Assembly: GCA_003990765.1 (NCBI GenBank)
Contig: RBNJ01000191.1
Span: 1 to 37,346 of the forward strand
Reading direction: 5' to 3'
Source: Jimgerdemannia flammicorona
Lineage: Eukaryota
Length of the DNA stretch: 37,346 nt
The position numbers and the translations under genes were made by a program. The notes below the pieces were generated by a model. That model saw only the letters and a program-made list of their open reading frames with translations, was not told the origin of the DNA and made no database searches. Positions 1-9,473 of this stretch are shown one piece after another; positions within the stretch are counted from its first letter, which is position 1; every line of letters begins with the position of its first letter.

Positions 1-30
1 GGAAATTTCGTCAAATGGAACGTTTTCCTT

Positions 31-149
31 AATATCTCGGCAACACGTAATCTGATTTTAATGTTCTTGGTATCATTAGAAAGGCCTTATTAAGGGCTTT
101 CAAATGACACCAAGATCATCAAATTTGGATGATTATCCATCAAGTTATT
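31..149. repeat. 119-bp imperfect palindrome (hairpin) inside MITE-1
   Basis: Position i pairs with 120-i, e.g. TCTTGGTATCATTAGAAAG / CTTTCAAATGACACCAAGA, with AATATCT...AAGTTATT ends. Confidence 0.85.
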
Positions 150-194
150 GATGTAAACATTTAATTGTCTAATTTGGAAATCAAAACAATGGTT

Positions 195-249
195 GATTCG
201 AATCCGATTCGAATCCGATTCGAATCCAATTCGAATCCATCCGAATCCC
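195..249 (+). repeat. Subterminal 11-bp tandem repeat (GATTCGAATCC)x~4
   Basis: Directly visible; CpGs are intact. Confidence 0.9.
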
Positions 250-276
250 ATCCGGATTGACTCGTTCGGAGCACTA

Positions 277-1886
277 CTTGGAGCAGTCTAAGCTCAGAAG
301 AAAGATGGATATGAATATGTCATCTCCTATGTAAGCCAAGGTACCCACAGAGCAGAACAGAACTATGAGTCATGTAAGCTCAAATGCTTAGCAATAGTTT
401 GGGGAGTAGACAAGTTCCACTACTACCTAGTCAGGAAATACTTCACTATTCAAACAGATCATTCTGCTCTTGCCTGGCTATTCCACACTCTGAACCCCAA
501 AGGAATATATGTATACCAGATGGATCTACAGGCTATAAGAGTATAACTGTACTATCAAGCACTGCTCAGAATGAACCAACACCAATACTGATACACTCTC
601 AAGGATATCTCAAAACACCCCTATTAAGACTATTTGACATAAATAAGGAGCTATACTATGGATTAATCAGCTATCTTAGGCAGTGGAAGATGCTCAACCA
701 CCTTGAACCCTGGACAATCACTATTATTAACCATACTTGGAAACAGTTTGAACTAGACAACACTATACTCAGAAAAGGAGGAAAGCTAGTAATACCCAAA
801 TATAAGAAGTATCAAGTAATGAAGGAAGTACATAAGCAAGGATACCTAGGAGGAACCAATACATACAATAAGGCCAGAAGATCCATGTGGTGGTCCAAGA
901 TGAAAGAAGACTTGTGCCAATTTGTCAAAGGGTGTGATAAGTACCAAAAATAGAAATAAGATCAGTAAGACCAGGTACCTGGGTCATCAAGAATTGAGCC
1001 TATCCCCTTCTACCACATTGCAATAGATATCATTGAGCCACTACCATTAACACTATTAGGAAGCCACTATATTATAGTTATTGTTGACCTCTTCACCAAA
1101 AGGATAGAGGCAGAAGTATTACAAGAAGTCAATGCCCTCTCTATAGCCAACTTCCTATACTGAGAAATCATCTGCTGCTACAAGACACCAAGACAAATCA
1201 CAATAGACTGCAGAACAGAATTTGTCAATGGATTCTATGAGATAATATATCAGAAATACAAGATCCAGCACATTAAGACCACTGCATACCATTCTCAAAG
1301 AAATAGACAGATAGAGAGAACCAATAAGACTCTCAAGAACATTCTGGCAAAGATCTCAGAGACATATGAGAATTGGAATAACTACCTCCCAACTGCCCTC
1401 TCTGTCCTATGAGATATATGATCACATAGCATCCACTTTACCTCAAAAGAACTGCTCTTTGGAGAAGAAAATTCTGATGGAACCTCAGCCACAAATCTAG
1501 ATCTAACTTAGAGATAGGTTGATGCAGAAATCTGGAGACTACACTAAATCAGGAAGAAGGCTAAAGATTACATCATCAAGTCACAAGTGCTGATAAGGAA
1601 GAATGCAGAAAAGAATCACAAGACCCTAGAATCTATCTGAATTGGAGAAGAGATTCTACTTTATTGAAATATAGTAGAAGCCTCATAGTTGTGAAAACTG
1701 GAGCCCAAATGGGAAGGACCCTTCTATGTGCAAGATATCAAGAAAACTACCTTCTGGCTTAGACAAATCTCAGGGACCATACTGCCTACTATAGTACATA
1801 GGAACAGACTTAAGAAGTATTACGAACCTATATAAGAGAAGCAAAACATGATGACTGCCTGTGAGGTTCTAGTCTGCAAATTGTAA
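277..1886 (+). pseudogene. Degenerate gypsy pol: RNase H + integrase
   Basis: Translates (with stops and frameshifts) to RNase H 'VISYVSQG..RAEQNY..KLKCLAIVWGVDKFHYYL...FTIQTDHSALAWL'; integrase Zn finger 'EVHKQGYLG...WWSKMKEDLCQFVKGCDKYQK'; core 'IAIDIIEPLP...IVDLFTK...TTAYHSQRNRQIERTN'; GPF/Y motif 'KLEPKWEGPF...VHRNRLKKY'. Confidence 0.92.
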
Positions 1887-1890
1887 CAAC

Positions 1891-2163
1891 ATGTCCTGTG
1901 ACCAGCAGGCTATCTGTCTGGACCATTCTCTAAGAGATATGGCACCAGCAACTGCTCATCTTAAGACTTTCAAAGCCAGAGAAGTTCAAACTGTCAACTG
2001 ATTGGTCAAGATCAGATCAGGCCCTTGCTCTATATGAAGAGAGTGACCCTTCACCATTATGCCAAAATACAAAGGGAAGATGTCAGCCCATAAATACTAC
2101 TTTTCGATCCCTTGCCAGAGGTTATGAGATCAGCAAATTTTTCAGAACTGGACCAATGAATAA
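1891..2163 (+). pseudogene. Putative ~90-aa extra ORF between pol and PPT, function unknown
   Basis: The ATG is 4 nt after the pol stop, in ACAACATG context. There are 91 codons to TAA; the four internal stops are all TGA, consistent with CGA>TGA. Confidence 0.45.
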
Positions 2164-2197
2164 GTATACTCAAGAAGATCCTTATTTAGGAGGAAGA

Positions 2198-3751
2198 TGT
2201 AATGGTGACCCCAGAATGATGACATCAGCAAAGAAGATAGCCTTTTCTTGCAAGCCATCAGATCGGAGTATAAGAAGATTATACGACATATGAGATAAGC
2301 AATAATAATCAACTGTGAGTCATTATATCCACAGTATGGTATCTTGAGGAATATAAAAGAAAGATCAAGAAACTGTAGTAGCAGTAACCAATAAGACCTA
2401 CTAATCCCAAAATAGCTCAAAGACTTATCACAAATAAAATATCTGCTGCTCACCAAATCTCACGGTCAAGGAACCACCAAGGCATCTCAGTCAAAGAAAG
2501 GATGTTCCAAGACATCAGAAGAGCTATGAGGATCTGCTTAAGAAGGACTCCTAGTGTCAACCTGGATACTGGTGGCCCTTATCACTATATCCTCTACTGC
2601 TGTAAAATGGAAACAAGGATTACTATTACTACTGAATGCCTCCAAATGTGGCAGGAGTATAAAATAGGAAACCTCCTCTGCTGGGAGTTTCCACAAGCCA
2701 GCACTCAAGAGCTATAAGATGCCACTCTCATGGATATATGCGAAATGAGAACAACTAAAAAGATCCATCAGATCTTCAGGTATACACCATAGTTGATCTC
2801 TAACTTATAATATGTTAGAGTCTCAGATTTCAGAGATCTGTCATCCCACTGGATCAATGCACTAGAAGTCAGGGTGGCTACAGAAGCCCAGTCCACTATC
2901 ACCCTCAATAGTGATAAAGTAGAAGATTTCTGACATCCCATCCTTCAGGACAACCCAGACCAATTCCTGCAAGAATTGATCTCAGTATTCCAAGGCCCAA
3001 GTATCTAGGTTAGACCTCTCCAAGACTCCACATTTGTCCCTTATTTTGTAGAAGAGAATCTCATAGATTGGAGAGCCCCTGATTTCCCCACCACCAAATG
3101 TGATAACATCATCAGCAATAATGTCATTATATGTGACATCGAAACACATGAAACATGTGAAGACAAATTTGCAGACCTCATCTCCTTCAAAGACATTCTG
3201 ACCTCTGATGATGAAGATGAAGCCCCCATAATCTTGAATATTCTGCTCTAAGTTCCTTGTTATACTGAATAATACCAATACTGGTATTCTGAAGTAATAC
3301 TGAATAATGCCAGCACTTACATTCTGAGGTAATGCAAAATTGTTCTAGCACTAGTATTCTAATATAACACTGAATTATACCAGTATCCTGAACCTATACA
3401 ACCATCAGTACTGATCCTGGAACTTAGTAGTTTTTCCTGATCTGGTATTTTATTTTAGTTATTGAAATTTATATTTAGCTTTATATCTTAGCAACCATTA
3501 AATTATATTTTATATAAATACTCTTCTTATTTCCTCTGAAATAAAGTCAGTCTTCTTAGTACAATATACACACTTTCTTGCAAGCAATCTAAGAGATAAT
3601 AAGATAGTTAAAAATAAGAAGTTTGAGGACTATAAGATCTTGGGAAGGCACTCCAATAAGAACTTACTTATAACAAACTTGAGTTAGTCTAAGAGATACA
3701 TCTTGAAATGAATCTGGCATATTTGAAGGACTTAGTGACCACTATGTGATA
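2198..3751 (+). repeat. 3' LTR of family A (~1554 bp)
   Basis: Starts TGTAA after the PPT and ends GTGATA (eroded ..TGACA). Colinear with 29046-30592. TATA-like TATAAATA at ~3513 and AATAAA at ~3540. Confidence 0.8.
2439..3251 (+). pseudogene. LTR-encoded ~270-aa ORF of unknown function (family A)
   Basis: Single frame from ATA(<ATG) at 2439 to TAA at 3251: '..RMFQDIRRAMRICLRRTPSVNLDTGGPYHYILYCCKMETRITI...HPILQDNPDQFLQELISVFQGP...DILTSDDEDEAPIILNILL*'. A homologous peptide occurs at 29305-30085. Confidence 0.7.
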
Positions 3752-5308
3752 ATATACTAAATCTAGTTGAGCTACTGAGAGTTGATGAATATATACTTGG
3801 TCTTTAATATACTGGAAATTTCTTAGTATTCTTAAAGGTACTAGGCTTAGAGAATCTGCTAGTCTAAGTAAGAGTAAGATAGGTGAGTCTTCTAAGAGAA
3901 ATTGAAATTAAACAATGTGATCTTCAAGTTCTTATATAAATTTGACAAATTTTAGACAAAGTTTTCTCTATTGTCTGATTTGTCTGACTAGATCAGATCT
4001 CTTAGTAATATATCTGCTAGTACTTCTAAAGTATTTATAAGCTATACTTTTAGTAATTGGACTAATACTAGTTGAGAATATTATACTATACTACTCTCTA
4101 ATTAAGATCCTTCTAAAGACAGATAGTTGGCAAATCTTAAGATAATTAGTTCTCTTCTTGTCTAAATACTACTAATAATTCATTCTTCTATAGTAATAGA
4201 CATTATTACTATATTAAATATATTCTATTTGACTTTTGGGTTCTTTTGAGCTAAAAAGTATATAGATTTAAAAATCTTCCCAGTTGAGTCCTCAAATATA
4301 TATAATATTTCTGGCTCAATAGAAGTAATTAATAGATTAGAGTAGCTATGTAGATTGGCTTAAACCCCTAGTTACTTTGTTGAAAAGTAATAAAATATTC
4401 AAAGATTTCTAATTCTAAAGATATAAGTTCTTTTATTTATATAATATAGATGATTTTGGTGACTTTTTTAATAGGTAAGTTAATTTGAAAGATTTCTTTA
4501 GATGATACCGACCATTGAATATTGATTTTATAATTTAGTAATTATGACAGATTTTCTTAAATATATAGTTCTTTAGACTATATCTTAAAAGAAGATCAAA
4601 ATAGTAAAGTTTTTAAATTTAGACTTAATCTAATAACAGATCAAAATTAGCCAACTTCTATAGCAATATTATATCAGTCAACTGCTTTGTTTATATGAAT
4701 GAGTTTACTATAAAGATGTATCTGACTAATTGACTTTAGTCAAAGTATGGCAGATCTCTCTTCAGGCTTAATTTAGTAAGTAGACTGAAAATATAGTAGA
4801 TTTCTCATATACTTCTAGCTTAGTCTAGTAAGTATATTAATAATTTGCAGACTTCTTTATATTGAAAAGTAGACTAGAGTAGAAAAAGAAGCTTCTAACT
4901 TCTTAATAGTAATATATTGACAGATATTCTTCTTTTAAGTATATCAGATAATTAGATTTTACTTTTTGAACTTTTTAGACTAAGGTTTATTTACTTGAAT
5001 CTCTGAGATATTTTATATAAGTATAGTTGCTATCTAGTTGCTATTTAGATGATTAAAGAATATATAGTATTACTAATTTAAGAAGATATTCTTTAAAGAA
5101 CAGCTGTTTCTATTAAATACAAATATATATCTATTGAGTATAGATATATCTGAGCAGTATAAGTATTTCTGGTAGAAATGGAATTTGTTCTAATTTGATA
5201 TATCAGGCTATTTATAAAATGAGTAATGTATGAAAGTAACTATAGGGGTAATTATATATTAGGTATTTTGTACATCATCTGGCTATATTATAATATTTAC
5301 TTATCACA
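3752..5308 (-). mobile_element. Eroded 5' part of a family-B gypsy-type element (5' LTR ~5308-4301, PBS, start of gag), interrupted by the family-A insertion
   Basis: The reverse complement matches the LTR start TGTGATAAG, internal LTR blocks, the LTR end ATTGAGCCAG..., the PBS-like TTTGAGGACTCAACTGGGAAG, and the leader of 22888-23090. Confidence 0.75.
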
Positions 5309-5911
5309 ATATATTAATATTGAAATATATTATAATAAATTACTTTAATAACTAATATATATATATATATATATTATAATTTAACAAATTAGTACAATTC
5401 AACAAATTGAAATCTGTGGATTGGAAATCCCCAATCTACAAATCTGTCTTTCTTATCTTAAGGATATATATGTGAAAACAATCTCTGCAAATGAAACTGT
5501 GGATCACCAGATCCATTCCCAGCACCAGGATGACAAGGAGGAGGAGAGTATAATAAAAGTCGATGGTACTCAATTTGCATTTTTTTTTTTTTTTTTTTTT
5601 TTTTTCGACAAGTGCCAGAGCACTTAGGTACTCGATAATTTAAATAACCTTGGCGAAATTGAATGTGATCTCCTGTTTTCTAGCTTTGTGATGGTCAACT
5701 TTTCATGCCTGGCAAATCAGGATGGTAGAGGCGATGGAAAAAGCGGAGATGAAGACGACGATAGTAAGTTTGAGGAGGACGGCCTGCATGAGATGTGAAT
5801 GTGGACCCGGGGGAAGTAAAGGGATGTCAACAAGATCTGAGTTTGAAACAAGATTGAATGAATAATTACCAAAACAGGCCTACCCCACGCCCTCAAAATC
5901 CTCAACATGGA

Positions 5912-5961
5912 TGCCCTGACTCTACCCGCACTGCCCTGACTCCACTCGCACTGCCTTGACT
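5912..5961 (+). repeat. 20-bp tandem repeat (TGCCCTGACTCYACYCGCAC)x2.5 upstream of the host gene
   Basis: Directly visible ~140 bp upstream of the ATG. Confidence 0.8.
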
Positions 5962-6096
5962 ACCATGAACTATCCTGCCAACTGTTATGATAGGTGTACT
6001 GCCTGTCATTGACGTTCCCTCCCTCCACCCGCCCTACTTAAAGCTACTTGACCAGCTGACCCTTCCTGAGTACTTTGCCCTCCTTCCACCTCATCA

Positions 6097-6556
6097 ATGT
6101 TCAACATGCCTCGCAGGGCCTGGTTCCTTGTCGCGGGCCTACTCCTTTTGGGCGCCTTCTTCCAATACTCCCTTAACAACATCCGTACTCCCGCTGACTT
6201 CTCCACGGGCACGACCTCTTCCGGCTCTCCAAACGGCTTCAAACCGCCCTGCACGCCTGGCACGTCACACTCGATTGCCCTTGTTGACCAGAAGGCCCCT
6301 ACCAGCAACAGCATCACACTACGCCTGCATACCAACGTGCTCGAGCCCGCCATCCCGGCCACCGACACGTGGTATTTTGCCGTGATGCCCACCAAGCCCG
6401 ACGTCTTCATCGTTACGGAGAGCGTGTTAAGTGCTATCAAGGATCATTACGACCGCGAGCACCGCATCTACAGCCTGATGAAGTGGGTTCTCAGAGTCCA
6501 CCGCAGGGATACCGGGAGGATCGCACGCAAGGAGCCGTTGATAATGATTGATGCAG
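6097..6556 (+). CDS. FkbM-family (Methyltransf_21-like) methyltransferase, exon 1; encodes the N-terminal TM anchor
   Basis: MFNMPRR + hydrophobic AWFLVAGLLLLGAFFQYSL; ends ...LIMIDA-G at the donor GCAG|GTATGG (intron 6557-6922). Confidence 0.88.
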
Positions 6557-6922
6557 GTATGGGGAGGGTTGGGATGAAGGAGAGAGAAGAAGGGGGGGTT
6601 GCGAGGCAGTTTCGCGCGTGCGACTGTGACGTACAGGACGCAATACGATGGGACTAGAGCGGTCCCTTGGTGAATGCATGTCATCCTATTCTGGGTGTTA
6701 ATTTGCCAGTTTACTGTGGCGCGCATATGTTCGCACCTGGGCCGGTCTTCATGTTTAAACCCCTCGACATTGTGATTGCTGGCCACCTTCGGTCACCTTC
6801 GGTCACAATGTGACAACGCGATCTCTCGAGCCCAATACAGGGTGAAAACAACACGACCACCAAAGCTCCTGCGCATTCCTGATCACGAAAATTACCCTTT
6901 CTTTTGTTCCATCCCGCCCTAG

Positions 6923-7092
6923 GCTCCAACCACGGCCTCTTCTCCATGGTCGCTGGCGTCTCTGGCGCCTACGTTGTGGCCATCGAGCCTCAAACCCATC
7001 TCCGCGGTGACATTGGCTACAGCGCGCGTCTCAACCAGATTGAGCAGCATCTCAGAATCCTACCCTTCGCTGTCTTGGATAAGTTCTCTAAG
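6923..7092 (+). CDS. FkbM-family methyltransferase, exon 2
   Basis: Acceptor CCCTAG| rebuilds SAM motif I 'MIDAGSNHGLFS', followed by 'VVAIEPQ'; donor TAAG|GTATGT (intron 7093-7211). Confidence 0.9.
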
Positions 7093-7211
7093 GTATGTAT
7101 GTCAGGGCTTCTGATGATGAAGGAGAGTGTGAATATATAAAAAATAAAAATATTCCTTTTTTATTGTAATTTATTTATTCTATTTCCCTGGTGTAACTCC
7201 CAACTTTACAG

Positions 7212-8048
7212 GTCTCTATCTCGGACTACGAGATGGGCGACGGTGAAACTGCCTTCCTCGATTTCAACCGCACCACGGGCCCGATCCAAACCCAGACCAT
7301 TCGCCTTGACCACCTCCCGTCCTTTGCTTGCCTCTTCCCCGAGCAAGGTCCCGACGCTCTAGGTCCTCACGACCAGAGCTTTGGCGAAGACTATGCTGCA
7401 TATCTCGAGCAAGCCCACAACCTCGAGCCAGCAAACCAGCCCACGCTCAGTGCCACTGACACCAAGAAACTCCTCCTCCGACAGCCGATTCACTTCCTCA
7501 AGATTGACGTCGAGGGCTTCGAGCTCCGCGCCCTCGAATCCGCCTCGGCCCTGTACGAGGCTGGTCTCATCGAGCACACGGTACTCGAGTTCGGCTCACC
7601 CCATCGGTGGATCGTGACGGAGCCGCATACGACACCGTCGGAGCAGATCGATACGCAAACGAAAACACTTGCAGAGGCCAAGATGGTGCTCAACAAGGCC
7701 GTCACCGATTGGGATCTCGACATATACGTGTTACCCTCCGTCGGCTGGGAGCAGTGCAAATTTTGGATGAGCCAGAGGCCCTCGCGCATCGTACCAGACG
7801 ACGCCTTCGAGGCGCCCCCTCCCGCGGACGGCGTCCGCTTGCTCAAGGCATGGGATTTCGATGGGTCGAGCGAGCAGGACCAGTTCGATGAAGAGCTTAA
7901 GTCGACCAATAGGGTCGTCACGGAGTTCATCAGGTTGCCGAATCTCCTCATTAACGAGTTCTTGGATTCCTTGGAACAGATTGGCGAAGTATACCTCTGG
8001 ATGGTGAAGAAGAACGGAAACTCGGCCATTCTCCATGATATCGAGTAA
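7212..8048 (+). CDS. FkbM-family methyltransferase, exon 3 (spliced CDS 1467 nt, 488 aa)
   Basis: Acceptor TTTACAG| is in frame with ORF 7233-8048; hallmark motif 'IHFLKIDVEGFELRAL'; stop TAA at 8046-8048. Confidence 0.92.
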   Translation, partial: VSISDYEMGDGETAFLDFNRTTGPIQTQTIRLDHLPSFACLFPEQGPDALGPHDQSFGEDYAAYLEQAHNLEPANQPTLSATDTKKLLLRQPIHFLKIDVEGFELRALESASALYEAGLIEHTVLEFGSPHRWIVTEPHTTPSEQIDTQTKTLAEAKMVLNKAVTDWDLDIYVLPSVGWEQCKFWMSQRPSRIVPDDAFEAPPPADGVRLLKAWDFDGSSEQDQFDEELKSTNRVVTEFIRLPNLLINEFLDSLEQIGEVYLWMVKKNGNSAILHDIE

Positions 8049-9049
8049 AAGATGCAAGTGTATATACATATTATTTATTTGTTGGTTCAGCTAGATTGAG
8101 TATAAAGGGTCGCAGTACGTGTCCCGGTGGGCAGCAGTTTTGTTTAGATCTTGAGAGAAATTACATGTGTATAGTCCACGGTTCGCTTGTAGATGTTTTA
8201 CTCGTCTATCCGACCACTTTTTGTATCTATTTGAATTTCGGATTTGTCAGTTGTGTAGTATATATTAAAAGTTATAGAGATAGACAGGTAAAAATGAACT
8301 ATAAAAAGGAGGATAATACAAGTAGATCAAAGCTCCAACTGTTAACTGTCCCACTGTCCCTCACCACATCGGCACCGTGTCCTCACAGATCACACTCACA
8401 TCTCGTCCTGCAGCTCAATGGGTTGATTTTATCAGAGAAGGTGTGTCCTTCTATATCAAGATTTTGTATTTCTTTATTTAGTTTGAAGAAAAGTTTTCTG
8501 GGGTCAGGTATTCAATAATGGTTTATTTTAATGGCTCTAAGATGAGATTCTTACAGAGTTTTACTGATTGGTAGAAGACTTGCTGAGGTGTATTTCTCTT
8601 GAAGTAATTGATCTGAAGAAGGTGTACTTCTTTTCTATCTGAGCTTTTAAATTCTTTAATCTGCTTATATCTTGAGTTAACTTGGTGACTTTTTGTAATT
8701 AAGATGTTTTGAACTTTAAAAAGATTACTTGAGTGATTTTATCTCTTTTGTAGATTCAGGTCTATTGGAGCTATTATTCTTTAAATTAACTTTGATTTCT
8801 CTAATATATTTAGTCTATAGTTCTTCTTTCAGTTATTACTTCAGGTTTTATAAGTTTTGATCTTAAAGTTAACTAGATAAATAATCCTTATAATAGTTGT
8901 ATAGTAAGTTCTATATTGTTTGTATTTTTAAAACTTATGAGAATAGTATTGAGATATAGTAAGATATACTATATAAATTCTTATTAAGTATAAGTTCTCA
9001 AGTAGAGATTTTTTTTATTATAGATCTCTAAGCTCTAATATATTGAGAT

Positions 9050-9473
9050 TAGTGCTTCCAAATAAGTCGAATCAATTCAAATTGAATCGAATTAAGGGTT
9101 AAATGAGTTGAATCAAATTGGGGATTTTTCAATTCGAATCAATTCGAATCGAATCAAAAGTCGAATCGAATTGAGGGTCTGATTCAAACCCTAATTTTCA
9201 AAATGCAATAACTCAGCGTAAACTCATCCAAATCTAACGTACTTTAGCTTGTTAGAATCACATTAATACAGTGAATCTAACAAGCTAAAATATGTTAAAT
9301 TTGGATGAGTTTTCGTCAAGTTATTACATTTTGAAAATTAAGGTTTGAATCAAACTTCGAATCAAATTGGACCTTTGATTCGATTTGAATTGAATTGAAT
9401 TGGACCCTTGATTCAATTAAATCAAATTGAGTTTGGGCCAAATTTGATTCAATTCAATTCATTGGGAGCACTA
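9050..9473. mobile_element. Complete 424-bp hAT-family MITE (MITE-2)
   Basis: TIRs TAGTGCTTCCAA / TTGGGAGCACTA; perfect 8-bp TSD ATTGAGAT (9042-9049, 9474-9481); TCGAA/TTGAA subterminal repeats; central palindrome. Confidence 0.95.
9181..9351. repeat. ~171-bp imperfect palindrome inside MITE-2 (119-bp core at 9207-9325)
   Basis: GATTCAAACCCTAATTTTCAAAATG...CATTTTGAAAATTAAGGTTTGAATC; inner arms TTTAGCTTGTTAGA / TCTAACAAGCTAAA. Confidence 0.93.

Larger units (their letters stand above)
1..276. mobile_element. Right part of a hAT-family non-autonomous element (MITE-1), inserted into a gypsy RNase H region; left end lies outside the window
   Basis: Ends in ...GTTCGGAGCACTA (276), the same terminus as the elements ending at 9473 and 20305. 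It has subterminal GATTCGAATCC repeats and an internal palindrome. Gypsy RNase H coding (LGAV...) starts at 277. Confidence 0.8.
277..3751 (+). mobile_element. Ty3/gypsy LTR retrotransposon family A, 3' half (RNase H-integrase-extra ORF-PPT-3' LTR)
   Basis: pol motifs (next entry); PPT AGGAGGAAGA at 2188-2197 followed by TGTAA; the LTR is homologous to 29046-30592. Confidence 0.9.

Noticed and set aside
5400..5528. Possible end of another small DNA transposon (GGATC/GATCC motifs, ...TTCCCAGCACCA)
   Set aside because: No matching opposite TIR or TSD was found.
5354..5605. (TA)n microsatellite and a poly(T) run as a possible retroposon tail
   Set aside because: No associated element body or TSD is visible, so I treat them as simple repeats.
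6557..6657. C-terminal part of ORF 6097-6657 (MGRVGMKERE...)
   Set aside because: This is read-through into intron 1; splicing at 6556/6923 restores the DAGSNHG motif.
5987..8069. Many overlapping alternative-frame and antisense ORFs over the methyltransferase gene
   Set aside because: These are shadows of GC-rich coding sequence; only the spliced frame yields the FkbM motifs.
8096..8518. 140-aa ORF downstream of the gene
   Set aside because: It has a non-ATG start, spans the 3' UTR/transposon boundary, and contains no recognisable motif.
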